Positions 47,751-58,401 of a DNA stretch of 64,000 nucleotides are shown here, piece by piece. This DNA is from Acidobacteriota bacterium (lineage in GTDB: Bacteria; Acidobacteriota; UBA4820; DSQY01), in assembly GCA_049591295.1 (NCBI GenBank), contig JBAWEQ010000080.1, forward strand, positions 2,238-66,237. Reading direction: 5' to 3'. Positions within the stretch are counted from its first letter, which is position 1; each line of letters opens with the position of its first letter. The notes beneath the pieces were generated by a model, which saw only the letters and a program-made list of their open reading frames with translations, had not been told where the DNA came from and did no database searches. Both the position numbers and the translations under genes were made by a program.

Positions 47751-49361
47751 TCACTTCTCCTCGTGGTACTCCTGCTCGGTGTTGACGGCCCAGAGGTTCT
47801 CCTTGGAGGTGATCCCGGCCAGGATGTTGTCCACGGCGGTCATGGCGCAGAGCATGGAGTGGTCCTGGTTGTTGTACTTGTGCATACCGTTGCGGCCAAT
47901 GGGGTAGAGGTTCTCCAGGCCGTCCAGGAAGCTCCGCACCACGTCGAAGCGGTCGTAGGTGCCGAAGTAGGCCGGGTAGGTCTTGGGCTGACGGATCACC
48001 ACGCGGTCCAGCACATCCTCGGGCTCGATCACGCCGATGGCGGCCAGTTCCCTCACCGCCAGCTCCCCGATGGCCTCGTCCGTCATGCCCCAGAAGTCGT
48101 CCCCCTCGTTGCAGAAGTACTCCACGCCCATCCAGACGGTGGAAGGGTCGGCCACCAGGTAGGGGCTCCAGTTGTTGAAAAGCTGGAGGCGCCCGATCTT
48201 GACCTCCGGCTCCTGGATGTAGATCCAGTTGTCGGGGATGATGCCGTTCACCGTGGGAATCCGGCTCTCGTTCTCGATCTTCAGCTTGCGCAGCAGCACG
48301 CCCACGGTGACGAAGTCGCGGTAGACGAGGCCCGCCGCCACCTCGGCCGCTTCCGCCGGCACTGTGCCCCCCATGGCCGCCACCAGGTCCTTGATGGCCA
48401 TGGTGGAGAAAAAGATATCACCTGACAGCTCGTGCCTCTCTCCCGTGACCTCGTTCTCCGTGACCACCGCCTCGATGTGCCCGGGCGACCACCGGACACC
48501 GACCACCTTCTGGTTCAGCCGCACCTCGCCGCCCGCCGCCGCCACCTGGGCGGCCACCGTCTCCCACATCTGTCCCGGCCCGAGCTTGGGGTAGAGGAAG
48601 CGCTCGATGAGGCTCGTCTGGGTGCCTTTCTGGGCGATGCCTGCCCGGCTGCGGAAGGGTTTGGCCAGCGCGTGGAAAACGGCGCTCCACACCGAGAGCC
48701 CCTTCACCCTCTGGGCGCCCCATTCGGGCTTGATGACGGAGCAGGGCACGCCCCACACCTTTTCGGTGTAATCGCGAAAGAAGGTGTTGTAGAGCTCCCG
48801 GCCGAAGCGGTTGACGAAGAAGTCCTCCAGGGAGCGCTCCTCGCGTATGGGGAAGAGCGAGGCCCTCAGGTAGCTGAAGCCGATGCGCACGAGGCGCATG
48901 AGGCCCATCTTCCGCAGGGTATCCAGGCTCAAGGTGATGGGATAGCTAAAGAACTTGCGGAGGAACAGGATCCGCGACAGGCGCTGGCGCACCAGCATGA
49001 CGAGGTTCTCACGCTCGGGGTCGGGGGCGGGCCGCGACACCGCCTCGCCTCGAAGCCCGCGCGTCCTCGCCTCCTTCGCCAGGGGGATCTCCCGGCCCAG
49101 GAGCCGGTCGTCCCGCGAGGGCGCCCCCTGCATGGGCAGCACGTTCTGCCACCACTCCATCACCCGGTCCGACTTAGAGAAGAAGCGGTGGCCGCCGATG
49201 TCCATCCGGTTGCCCTTGTGGACCACCGTCCGCGCGATGCCGCCGATCTCCCCCGTGGCCTCAAGGACGATGGGCTTAACGTCGGTGCGGTCCAGCAGCT
49301 CCCACGCCGCCGTCAACCCCGCCGGCCCCGCCCCGATGATGATCGCGGTCTTAGCGGCCAT
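47751..49361 (-). CDS. NAD(P)/FAD-dependent oxidoreductase (amine-oxidase / phytoene-desaturase-like)
   Basis: Rossmann GxGxx[17 protein letters not shown] directly after the ATG at 49361 (alternative GTG start at 49427). Confidence 0.65.
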   Translation of the reverse strand: MAAKTAIIIGAGPAGLTAAWELLDRTDVKPIVLEATGEIGGIARTVVHKGNRMDIGGHRFFSKSDRVMEWWQNVLPMQGAPSRDDRLLGREIPLAKEARTRGLRGEAVSRPAPDPERENLVMLVRQRLSRILFLRKFFSYPITLSLDTLRKMGLMRLVRIGFSYLRASLFPIREERSLEDFFVNRFGRELYNTFFRDYTEKVWGVPCSVIKPEWGAQRVKGLSVWSAVFHALAKPFRSRAGIAQKGTQTSLIERFLYPKLGPGQMWETVAAQVAAAGGEVRLNQKVVGVRWSPGHIEAVVTENEVTGERHELSGDIFFSTMAIKDLVAAMGGTVPAEAAEVAAGLVYRDFVTVGVLLRKLKIENESRIPTVNGIIPDNWIYIQEPEVKIGRLQLFNNWSPYLVADPSTVWMGVEYFCNEGDDFWGMTDEAIGELAVRELAAIGVIEPEDVLDRVVIRQPKTYPAYFGTYDRFDVVRSFLDGLENLYPIGRNGMHKYNNQDHSMLCAMTAVDNILAGITSKENLWAVNTEQEYHEEK

Positions 49362-49454
49362 GAGACGCTGTCTCCACGGCAAGTATGCTTCCCATGGCGC
49401 AACCTCGTCGAGCCAAGAATGCGGCACGGGGAGCCCCTAACGCCATTCCGGCAG

Positions 49455-51080
49455 TCATCGTCGCTCCGGATGGGCGGCAGGCTTCACCGCCATGTCGGCC
49501 CTGCCGACAATCAGCAATCCGGTGCAGCGAGCCAAAGGCCTGTAGTGGAGACTGACCCAGCCCACCACTGGGTCGCCTGGGTCAGGGCCATAGCGCCCGT
49601 CGAGGAGAATCCAATCGGGTGGCTTGGCCGCCAGGTGAGCGAGGAGGTCGTGCACCATCGCGGGATCGAAGCGGCCCATGTCGAAGTTATCATAGGGCGT
49701 GGCCCCCACCCTGCGCAGGACGAAGGAGTAGAAGGAGCAGTAGTCATAGCAGAAGACGCTCTGGCCGGGCTGCAGAAAGCGCTTCTGGAACTGATACAGC
49801 AGTTCCCATGAGGGCTTACTTTGGGCTACCTCAGTAGTCAGCTTGCCTGACGGGAAGTCGAAAGAACTCCTCGGGGCGAGGTAAGGATAGGGCAGGGAGG
49901 TGGTCGCCACGGTGATAGCCAGCGGGAGCATGAGTCCGGCACCCGTAAGCCGGGAAAACCATCGAGGCTGGCACTTCCTGACCCGTTCCCATTCCCAGAG
50001 AATCAGTAGGAACGCACCCGGAAAGGCAAAAATCAGGGTCATGACCGTGGGCCTGTGCAGGGCCATCAGCACCAGTGCCCCGGTCATACAGAGCAGGACC
50101 AGCCATGGCCACCGCTCCTCTTCGGAGAGTCTCCGCAAGCGCGCGCTCCTCAGCAGGGTGAGCGCTACTGCCACGGGAAAAACCAGAAACACTACCGCCA
50201 TGCCGACACCTTGGCCCAGGTCGTTCGCGAGGGTCCAGGCATCCCCCGTCCTCCACACCGCCGGCAGCGCCCGAAAGGTCGCAGACCATCCCTGTCCCCA
50301 TCCCACGCGATTTCCCGGGTTGTCATGGTAGAGCCTCAACGGCGCCCAGAGGAGGTCATCGAGGATTTGCGAAGCGGGCACCTTCGCCAGCAGAGTGACC
50401 ACGATCGGGCCTGCCACTACGAGTCCCCCGCCCACGAATAGCCCGATTTTCTTCCAGCGCCGTTCCCCGCCCGAGAGCAGCAACAGTAGGATGACGAGAA
50501 GCACCCAGTAACCGCCTTCGTCCTGCAACATGAGTCCGCCGGCCCCGGCCAAGGCGCCCGAGGCGAACAGCAAACCCCGCCTCTCCCCCCGGTCGGAGAG
50601 GGCGAGACACGCCGCCGACAGAAAGAGCGCCGCATTCACCATCCAGTGATGGCTGACGATCGGCCACACCACAAAGCCCACCGCAACCTGCGACAGGAAC
50701 AGCACCGCCAGCGAGGCCCGCGAAAGATTTAGGGCCTTCCCTAAGAGCGCAAGACCCAGCAGCATCACGCCGTTGACCAGCCACGCGAGCCACCGGGCCG
50801 CCACCAGCGTTGTCCCGAAGAGGCGCAGCCACCCCGCAATAAGATAAAGGGACCCGGGTGCTACAAAGAAAAAGAAGTCCCTGTAAGGCACCTGCCCGTG
50901 CAAAATCCTCAGGGCGCCCGCAAGCAGCACCCCCTCGTCCCCGGAACTGAATTCCAGGAAGGTCAGGTGCAGATACTGCAAGGGCTCCCACAGGGCCAAG
51001 GCGAACAACAGCCAGGGGAGCACCCGCTTGACCCTTTCCCCCAGGCTTGTCGTCCCCTTCTCTACCGCCGCCTCGCTCAT
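49455..51080 (-). CDS. GT39/ArnT/PMT_2-like GT-C membrane glycosyltransferase
   Basis: First periplasmic loop GDEGVLLAGALRILHGQVPYRDFFFFVAPG resembles the PMT_2 DE...P motif; about 12 TM; the ORF-track N-terminal extension is probably not translated. Confidence 0.45.
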   Translation of the reverse strand: MSEAAVEKGTTSLGERVKRVLPWLLFALALWEPLQYLHLTFLEFSSGDEGVLLAGALRILHGQVPYRDFFFFVAPGSLYLIAGWLRLFGTTLVAARWLAWLVNGVMLLGLALLGKALNLSRASLAVLFLSQVAVGFVVWPIVSHHWMVNAALFLSAACLALSDRGERRGLLFASGALAGAGGLMLQDEGGYWVLLVILLLLLSGGERRWKKIGLFVGGGLVVAGPIVVTLLAKVPASQILDDLLWAPLRLYHDNPGNRVGWGQGWSATFRALPAVWRTGDAWTLANDLGQGVGMAVVFLVFPVAVALTLLRSARLRRLSEEERWPWLVLLCMTGALVLMALHRPTVMTLIFAFPGAFLLILWEWERVRKCQPRWFSRLTGAGLMLPLAITVATTSLPYPYLAPRSSFDFPSGKLTTEVAQSKPSWELLYQFQKRFLQPGQSVFCYDYCSFYSFVLRRVGATPYDNFDMGRFDPAMVHDLLAHLAAKPPDWILLDGRYGPDPGDPVVGWVSLHYRPLARCTGLLIVGRADMAVKPAAHPERR

Positions 51081-51934
51081 CGAAACAGGCTCACCTTTCT
51101 CACCGCGAAGTTCCAGACGAACACCAGCGCCGTCGTGATGAGCTTGGAGTACAGGTAATAAAGGCCGGCCACGCTGGTGAGGAGCCACATGGAGAGATCG
51201 TTGAGCCCTAGCCCTAGCACGCCCACGAGCGCGAAGAGTCCAAATTCCACCCAGCGGTTGCTCACTGCTCGCTTACTGAACACCCACAGGACGCTGAAGG
51301 TATAGTTGATGATGAGCCCCACCACGAAGGCGAGGGTGGCCGAGGTGAGGTAGTAGAGGCCGCCGTAATGGGTGAGGGCGTACAGGAGCCCGAAATCTAT
51401 TACGAAAGCCGCCCCGCCCACCACCGTGTAACGGAAGAATTGGACCAGCGTGCTCTCGGTAGGCGTGCCGAACAAGTCCTTCAGGATGGTCTTCACCTCT
51501 TGGCCAGCCTGCCATATATCGGAGCGCAGATCCCCTTTCGACTCCCGGAAGACGAAGCGCCGCATGAGCAGGAAGGAGATCATCGCTGAGGGCAGCGTAG
51601 CCACCGCAGCCGTCACAAGCACGTGTACACCAAGCTCTTTGAAGAGCCTCAGAACCCCTACCCCCACCACGTACATGAAGCCGTAAACCCCGAAAAAACG
51701 CACAATCAGCCGGTTATCACGACTCTTGAAAACGATGGTCCCCGTCGTTTTGAAGTTGAAGAGAATTCCAAGGATGGTCTCGATGAGAGCAGCCAGAGCA
51801 TAGTGCAGGCCCAGCAGAATGAAGAGGGCGAAGACCGAGTAGCCGAAGAGGGTGTTGATACCGCCCACAAAGAGGAAGCGGATAAAAGGTACGGCCCAGA
51901 GCCTCCGAATAGTAGCGGGCAGGGCCAGAGGCAT
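51077..51934 (-). CDS. Tandem (duplicated) GtrA-like flippase-type membrane protein
   Basis: Two consecutive GtrA-like repeats each ending in an N(F/Y)xxxxxW(V/I)F-type motif (ILFNFKTTGTIVF; INYTFSVLWVF ... WNFAVRKVSLF); start overlaps the GT2 stop. Confidence 0.6.
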   Translation of the reverse strand: MPLALPATIRRLWAVPFIRFLFVGGINTLFGYSVFALFILLGLHYALAALIETILGILFNFKTTGTIVFKSRDNRLIVRFFGVYGFMYVVGVGVLRLFKELGVHVLVTAAVATLPSAMISFLLMRRFVFRESKGDLRSDIWQAGQEVKTILKDLFGTPTESTLVQFFRYTVVGGAAFVIDFGLLYALTHYGGLYYLTSATLAFVVGLIINYTFSVLWVFSKRAVSNRWVEFGLFALVGVLGLGLNDLSMWLLTSVAGLYYLYSKLITTALVFVWNFAVRKVSLFR

Positions 51935-52956
51935 TACCGGTCCGTGTCGGAGGCCGCTACGTCCCCCGCCTTCTCTGCTTCCCCTTGCTTTCTCGGCTTC
52001 ACAGATCCCGGCTCGTTTAATGGCGGCTCGAAGTTGATCCGTTCCTTCTCGATGACCAGCGGCCGTTTGCGGACGTGCGTGTAGATGAAGCCGATATACT
52101 CCCCCAGAATGCCCGTAAAGAAGAGCTGGATCGACCCCAAGAAAAATACCGCCACCAGGAGTGGCGCAAGTCCAAGCGTGAATTCCTTCCAAAAAAGGAG
52201 CTTGTAGACCAAATACCCCATGCCGACGAGAAAGCTCAGGGCCGACATGGCGAAGCCGAGCATGGTCGCGAGCCTGAGCGGCACCTTGCTGTGGCTCGTA
52301 ATCCCCAACATGGCAACGTCGTACAAGCGGTAGAAGTTATATGTGCTCTTGCCCCTCTTACGCGCAGGTTGGTCGAAGTGGACGAGAGCACGTTCAAACC
52401 CCGCCTCCATGACCAGCCCGCGGAAATACGGATAGGGGTCGTCCATCTTCCGCAGGGCCTCGATGATGCAGCGGTCATAGAGGCCGAAGCCGTAATAATT
52501 CTCGATCAGCTCGATCTCCGAGAGGCGACTCACTAGCCTGTAATAGAACCTCCGGATGGAGTACATCAGCTTCGACTCCCCAGCGCTGCGCTTCACCGCC
52601 AGGACAACCTTGTAGCCCTCCTCCCACTTCTTAATGAACGTCGGGATCAGCTCGGGTGGGTCCTGCAAATCGGCGGCCACGGGTATCACAGCATCGCCCC
52701 GGCATTGCAGGATGCCGTAAACCCCCGACCGCGTTACCCCGAAATTCCGGCTGTTCAAAATCACCTTTACGCGCCTGTCCCGCGCCGCAAGTGTCCGGAG
52801 CTTATCCTGAGTGCCATCCGTTGAAGCGTTATCGATGAAGACGTGTTCATAGACATAATCGTTAAGACCTTCGAAGACCTCCTTTACCCTCGCACACACC
52901 TCCTCGACATTATCAACTTCGTTATAGCAATGGCTTAACACACTCATCAGAACCAT
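51934..52956 (-). CDS. GT2 polyprenyl-phosphate glycosyltransferase (GtrB/ArnC-like)
   Basis: MSVLSHCYNE ... FIDNASTDGT ... AADLQDPPE; C-terminal TM. Confidence 0.8.
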   Translation of the reverse strand: MVLMSVLSHCYNEVDNVEEVCARVKEVFEGLNDYVYEHVFIDNASTDGTQDKLRTLAARDRRVKVILNSRNFGVTRSGVYGILQCRGDAVIPVAADLQDPPELIPTFIKKWEEGYKVVLAVKRSAGESKLMYSIRRFYYRLVSRLSEIELIENYYGFGLYDRCIIEALRKMDDPYPYFRGLVMEAGFERALVHFDQPARKRGKSTYNFYRLYDVAMLGITSHSKVPLRLATMLGFAMSALSFLVGMGYLVYKLLFWKEFTLGLAPLLVAVFFLGSIQLFFTGILGEYIGFIYTHVRKRPLVIEKERINFEPPLNEPGSVKPRKQGEAEKAGDVAASDTDR

Positions 52957-52993
52957 CTATACTCTCCCAACCATTCCATTTCACGCGTGCCCA

Positions 52994-54763
52994 TCATAGT
53001 CCCCTCCTCTGCAAAAGAACCCACAACTTCGACTCAGCTACCTTAGTATAGTCTTTCGCCAACATTGCCGCATAATGCCTTTGCATAAAGGCTGAGGTGT
53101 AGGGAATTACCGCTCTCTTGGGTATCATGATTATATCAACAGTTGCGACAAGCTTCTGCACACTTGGAGCCGTTCTCCCCGTCACATTTCCCGTGTAGTT
53201 CCACATCGGCATATCCCACCGTGCACTGGGCAGGCCAAGTGCAAATGGAAACGGATTGGAGTAATCCATTACCATAATGGTGCTCTTCTCTGTAATTCTC
53301 GGCTTCAGTAGCTTCAGCCCATCCTTAATCCAACAGCAATATTCGAAAGCGGTCATTTGCTTAACCCACGGATTCCTAGATAACAGCGCCGACACCCCCT
53401 CATTCTCGGTAAGCGCCGTCTCCCTGTATCTCTGATAACCCTCAAAAACATCATCAACGGCCGAACATCCGTTCTCCTCCACATTTCCCCTTATGACGAT
53501 TTCCGCGGGTGGCAATATAAGTTCTTCGATGCTCTTCTCATGGAACCTACACTTCTCAATAAGCACGGCGTTGCTTTCCTTCCATGACACAGAATTAATT
53601 ACGCTCGCCACATCCGGGACAAGAACCGTCCCTATTAAAAACACCGCCACCACCCAACCAATCCATAGCTCGCCTCCTCTCTCCGCGCCCCTTGAATCCT
53701 GCCCCATCCCTGCCGGTCCCAAGAGATATCCGGCCGCTAAGCCAATCAACGGGATCTGCACCAACTGACCATTTGTACTTGTTACCATAATACTCGCGGC
53801 AACCACTACCATAACTGTAAGCAACACCCGCTGGGACCGCGGCGTCCAGTCGCGGACCACCGCTGCCCATGCGATAAATAACAGCATCAACGGTACACCG
53901 TTACTGTCCAACACCCGCAACAATCCTTCGATTCTGTCCACAGGCTGATAAAGAGGTTCCATTCTCGACAAATCGCTGAGGTATCCCACAATAGATATTC
54001 TCAAGCTGACCCCAAGCACGAATATGACACCTATTACGCCTATTAGTTTCGCAAGCAGGGCCCACCAACGATTACCTCTAATTATATTAGCATAACACAC
54101 AATTCCACACGCCACCAAGAAAAAATTCATTTTGACATAGAACTCCATGCCAATACAAAGAGAACCCAACATAAAGTTCAGACGATCTAGCCAGTCACAA
54201 TGCACTAACCTTCGTGGGAAGATTTCCTCAACGGCAATAATGCACAGCAAAGCCCAACCTACCCTATCATATAGCATCGCATAGGAGGTGCCCTTGTAAT
54301 GGAAGCCAAGCGGATAAGTGGCAATTGGAAGAACAAAGACCATACTCGACACAAGGAAGCACAACAACGCCGGCATTCTTCTGCTACCAATAGACCAGAT
54401 AGCCGCAGCACTCGTAGCCGCGAAAATGCACATGCCAACAGTGATTGCCTGCACTTTTGGCCCCACTATAGCCATTCCTACTCGTATCAAGTCGAGAAAG
54501 AAGTCCCCATAGGGATAAGAAAAATCAATATGCGCCCTTTGGCCACAACATAGTCGCCAGGCTGCATCCAGAAAGATCGTTGTATCCCAAGGAAACATCA
54601 GTTGATGGCTAAATCCCATTCTGAGGACAATCAATACGGTGATCATAACAACACACGCGAACATGCATCCCCAGAACACATACGCCTTCTTGCTAATACT
54701 ACTCACAGCAAAACGAAGATACTCCTCAGCTCTTTCCAGATCCAACCTATTCCTTTGCATCAT
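52994..54763 (-). CDS. Hypothetical polytopic membrane protein (low GC, about 46%)
   Basis: 589 aa, many TM helices; codon use distinctly AT-richer than flanking DNA. Confidence 0.5.
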   Translation of the reverse strand: MMQRNRLDLERAEEYLRFAVSSISKKAYVFWGCMFACVVMITVLIVLRMGFSHQLMFPWDTTIFLDAAWRLCCGQRAHIDFSYPYGDFFLDLIRVGMAIVGPKVQAITVGMCIFAATSAAAIWSIGSRRMPALLCFLVSSMVFVLPIATYPLGFHYKGTSYAMLYDRVGWALLCIIAVEEIFPRRLVHCDWLDRLNFMLGSLCIGMEFYVKMNFFLVACGIVCYANIIRGNRWWALLAKLIGVIGVIFVLGVSLRISIVGYLSDLSRMEPLYQPVDRIEGLLRVLDSNGVPLMLLFIAWAAVVRDWTPRSQRVLLTVMVVVAASIMVTSTNGQLVQIPLIGLAAGYLLGPAGMGQDSRGAERGGELWIGWVVAVFLIGTVLVPDVASVINSVSWKESNAVLIEKCRFHEKSIEELILPPAEIVIRGNVEENGCSAVDDVFEGYQRYRETALTENEGVSALLSRNPWVKQMTAFEYCCWIKDGLKLLKPRITEKSTIMVMDYSNPFPFALGLPSARWDMPMWNYTGNVTGRTAPSVQKLVATVDIIMIPKRAVIPYTSAFMQRHYAAMLAKDYTKVAESKLWVLLQRRGL

Positions 54764-54824
54764 TACTTACCCCAATCCACTTTCCTATCTACTTCATCCA
54801 CCGCTTCCGGCCCCGCTATCACCA

Positions 54825-55736
54825 TTACCATCCCTCCAGCGCTGTACCAGCGGGGCGTTCCTGCCAATCTTGAAGTGCCTGAGCAATAGAATGAATGTCG
54901 TTCAAGCCCACGACGCTGCTAAGGCGCTCTAGCCTTAGTCCTCCATTCAAGGGTCGCTTAGCCTTTTGATGCAAATTAGCTGTTAGGCATCCATCAATCC
55001 AAGAAGTATCGCCATTCCACCTCTGCACAATCGCTACAGCAAAGTCAGCCCTGCTAAGCAACTCCATTCCGACAACGTTGACAATTCCCTCCGCATTACT
55101 TTCCAGAAGGCCTTTTACCACCTTGGCCAAATCTCGACTGTAGGTTGGAGTCGATATTTGGTCTGAGGGCACTCTAATGTGCTGCCCAGCGTGGAGTTGC
55201 CGAAACAGTCGATATACAAAGTTTTTCCCCCTGTATTCCGGGCCATAGATCCCAGTCGAACGAACAATAAGGGCGCGTCGGTCAGCAGCCAAGACCATCC
55301 GCTCTCCTAGAAGCTTGCTTCTACCATATACCGACAGTGGGCGCGCCGAATCTTCCTCCGAGTAAGGTCCAGCGATACCATCGAAGACATAATCCGAAGA
55401 GAGATATACAAAGCGCCCTCCGCGATTGCTGACCTCCTCCGCCAGGTTCGCTGGAATCGAGGCGTTCGCTCTAAGTGCTCTCTTCTCGTCATCCTCACAA
55501 GCGTCCACATCGCTCCAACCCGCAGCGTATACCACGTGCTTTGGCCTGGCGGCATCAAGCACATCCCTCATTGCAAGAAACCCAGCGCCATTTGTGCGGA
55601 GGTCGATACTTACGACTCCAGCCGTATTTCTTGCCTCGCGATCCACACCTAGCGCAGAATCACCAAGGCACTCCATTAGTGCGCTGCCAACTAAGCCCCG
55701 AGCTCCAACCACTAGCACCGTGCCCACGTCAGCCAT
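54825..55736 (-). CDS. rmlD: dTDP-4-dehydrorhamnose reductase
   Basis: VLVVGARGLVGSAL Rossmann, YxxxK (YGRSK), RmlD-like length (303 aa from the ATG at 55736). Confidence 0.75.
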   Translation of the reverse strand: MADVGTVLVVGARGLVGSALMECLGDSALGVDREARNTAGVVSIDLRTNGAGFLAMRDVLDAARPKHVVYAAGWSDVDACEDDEKRALRANASIPANLAEEVSNRGGRFVYLSSDYVFDGIAGPYSEEDSARPLSVYGRSKLLGERMVLAADRRALIVRSTGIYGPEYRGKNFVYRLFRQLHAGQHIRVPSDQISTPTYSRDLAKVVKGLLESNAEGIVNVVGMELLSRADFAVAIVQRWNGDTSWIDGCLTANLHQKAKRPLNGGLRLERLSSVVGLNDIHSIAQALQDWQERPAGTALEGW

Positions 55737-56178
55737 TCTTGATGGCCCAAGTGTACGGAATCGTGCAGTCATCCCAAGGCAGCCGCTTCATCTCACCTTC
55801 TCTGTATTCTGTCGTGGCGACATTGCATAGCATACTTGGATACACTGCAATGCCCCTGAAGCCGTTCCAGATTGCAGGGGGGATCTGTACAAGGTAATAG
55901 CATTCCGGACCCAGGTATATCTCCTGCACCTCTCCCCGCGTCGGAGAACCCACCCTATCGTCATACAGAACCAGCTTAATAAGGCCATGTGGACAGCAAT
56001 AATTCAGAGTCATCTCGGAATGAAGATGCCACCCCTTCACGACACCCGGATTGATCCACGAGAAATATACCTCACCAACCACCCCGAACTCCTTATCGCT
56101 TCTTTTGATCATATGCATAATTTTGCCACGCTCATCTACGATTATCTCTCTCGCTGCCATTCGCACACCCTCAATCAT
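55729..56178 (-). CDS. RmlC-like cupin (dTDP-sugar 3,5-epimerase / WxcM-type 3,4-ketoisomerase family)
   Basis: 149 aa cupin with GEVYFSW ... GWHLH motif. Confidence 0.55.
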   Translation of the reverse strand: MIEGVRMAAREIIVDERGKIMHMIKRSDKEFGVVGEVYFSWINPGVVKGWHLHSEMTLNYCCPHGLIKLVLYDDRVGSPTRGEVQEIYLGPECYYLVQIPPAIWNGFRGIAVYPSMLCNVATTEYREGEMKRLPWDDCTIPYTWAIKNG

Positions 56179-56206
56179 GGCTCCTCCGCAAATAGCGCTT
56201 GTCTGA

Positions 56207-57067
56207 TCAACCTAACCACCACTCATCACGCATCTTGATTCGCGCCACTATTGATACGACTGTTGTTCTGGCAACATAGTTCAGCACCGCCATTGCGTAT
56301 GCAGCCACCATATCACCTCGCTTGGCTTCATCATGGCCTTTGAAGCTCGAACTTCTAATGAAACGCACGAAATCACAAATCTGGCGCTTTCCAATCTCTC
56401 CACTCCAGGCTTTCCTGGACGCCCGAAATCCACAAAGGACTTCCCCTAGAACAACCATGTCTCCCAATTCCAACAGGCGGACCCAATAATCCAAATCTAT
56501 CATGTAGGGAATCCGTCCATCGAAGCTTCCCGCCACAGCGCTATCAGACCGCCTGAACAACACCGCGCTTGGCTCTCCCACAACGTTGGTTCCATGCCGC
56601 GCCGAGGCCGCTAACACGGCCTGTCTTGCGTATCGACCTGGCTTGAGTGGACAACGCCTCCGAATAAGAATCTGTCCCTTCTCCCCAATTATTCGACGAC
56701 CACATGTAACCAGCGTAATACCGTTGCCTCCTTCGCCTTCAAGCGTTTCCACTTCTCTAGCAATACACATGGGGTCTAGCACATCATCCGCGCATAATAG
56801 CTTGACGTATTTTCCGCTGGCCAGGCTTAGGCAGCGATTCCAATTCGCCTCTGCGCCTATATTCTCTTCATTGCGGTAATGCCGAATTCGCGGATCCACA
56901 AAACCCGAAATAATCTCATAAGTCCGATCAGAGGAGCAGTTGTCGACTACTATCACTTCAACGCTTGGGAAATGTTGCGCCAGGGCTGATTCAAGAGACT
57001 CCAGAATATAAGCCTCCGCATTGTATGTCGGGATGCAGATAGAAACCGTCGGGGTCATTGTTGACAT
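56207..57067 (-). CDS. GT2 family glycosyltransferase
   Basis: VSICIPTYNAEAYI ... VIVVDNCSSD ... CADD. Confidence 0.8.
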   Translation of the reverse strand: MSTMTPTVSICIPTYNAEAYILESLESALAQHFPSVEVIVVDNCSSDRTYEIISGFVDPRIRHYRNEENIGAEANWNRCLSLASGKYVKLLCADDVLDPMCIAREVETLEGEGGNGITLVTCGRRIIGEKGQILIRRRCPLKPGRYARQAVLAASARHGTNVVGEPSAVLFRRSDSAVAGSFDGRIPYMIDLDYWVRLLELGDMVVLGEVLCGFRASRKAWSGEIGKRQICDFVRFIRSSSFKGHDEAKRGDMVAAYAMAVLNYVARTTVVSIVARIKMRDEWWLG

Positions 57068-57339
57068 CTCCCAATGCTACCGTCTCTGACTTACTACTCC
57101 GGCATCATTATGGTATACCCATCACGGGCTAAAACCCTTGTACAGCATTGGCCGTCGGTTTTACAGCTACAACTCTAATGGTGCCTCATTAGTAGGTGGC
57201 TATTGGACAGGCCCCTAACCTCGAACTCCTTCGCGAGATCAACTCCTCCCGTACAGATGTCATTACCCTCCTTCTTACCACCATGCCTCCGCGACTGGAG
57301 TGGTAACATTGTACCAGCGATGCGTTCTCTTCTGAGCAT

Positions 57340-58401
57340 TCAAGGGTTATTCCCCACAACTTCGCCGATCACTTGCTTGACGATATAGAGAGGTCTACGC
57401 TTGGTCTCACGAAAGACACGAGCTAAATACTGCCCTATCAGGCCTAAGGACAACAATTGGGTACCCTCCAGAAACAGAATGACTACAAGAAGTGATGTCC
57501 AACCTTGGATCACCGTCTCTGGATGCATGAGTTTGCTCACAATGAGCCAGACAATCATCACAAATGATCCACACGTCAAAAGAAAGCCTAGCTGCCCCAC
57601 CATGGCAAGTGGCCTATCCGAAAAGCTCGTTATTCCAGCCATCCCAAGCGATATCATCCTTCCAAGGCTATAGTGCGTCCTGCCCGCATAACGTCGGTCG
57701 CGCTCATAATAAATACAGGTCTGCTTGAAACCTATCCATGGGATTAGGCCTCGAAGGTACCGACTTTCTTCTCTCATCGTTCTCAAGATCGTAACGATAT
57801 GCCTGTCCAAGAGCCTGAAATCTCCCGAATCCAGGGGCAAAGAAATGTTGCTCAGTAAGCTAAGGAGTCTATAGTATGTTGTTGCAGTAAGGCGCTTAAA
57901 TGGTGATTCACCCTTTCGACTCCTCCTAACAGCACATACTACTTTCGAGCCTTGTTCCCAATGATCTATCATTGCAGGTATGATTTCTGGTGGATCTTGC
58001 AAATCCGAATCAATGATAACAACGGCATTGCCCCCTGCATAATCTAGGCCTGCGGTAATGGCGCATTGATGACCAAAGTTCCTGGACAAACTAATAACTC
58101 TGACTGTGTTATCACATTTGCAGAGGCCTTCAAGAATATTGAGTGTTTGGTCTTTGCTACCGTCATCGACAAAGACTAGTTCGTGCTCCCAGCCCTTGAG
58201 ACCATCGGCGACTGCTTTAAGTCGCCGATAGAACTCGTGCAGGGTGTCCTCCTCTTGATAAACTGGAGCTACGACGGAAAGAAGCTTGGCCCTCGGCGGC
58301 AGGGCCACTTTTCCCTCCCCTAAACCCTGCTCATTTTCAACAGGGGAGCGCAAGTCTTTACCCGTTGGCACCACCGGCATAGGATTAGATTCCCCTTTCA
58401 A
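57340..58401 (-). CDS. GT2 polyprenyl-phosphate glycosyltransferase (ArnC/GtrB-like) with C-terminal TM helices
   Basis: [14 protein letters not shown] ... VFVDDGSKD ... DSDLQDPPE. Confidence 0.8.
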   Translation of the reverse strand: MKGESNPMPVVPTGKDLRSPVENEQGLGEGKVALPPRAKLLSVVAPVYQEEDTLHEFYRRLKAVADGLKGWEHELVFVDDGSKDQTLNILEGLCKCDNTVRVISLSRNFGHQCAITAGLDYAGGNAVVIIDSDLQDPPEIIPAMIDHWEQGSKVVCAVRRSRKGESPFKRLTATTYYRLLSLLSNISLPLDSGDFRLLDRHIVTILRTMREESRYLRGLIPWIGFKQTCIYYERDRRYAGRTHYSLGRMISLGMAGITSFSDRPLAMVGQLGFLLTCGSFVMIVWLIVSKLMHPETVIQGWTSLLVVILFLEGTQLLSLGLIGQYLARVFRETKRRPLYIVKQVIGEVVGNNP

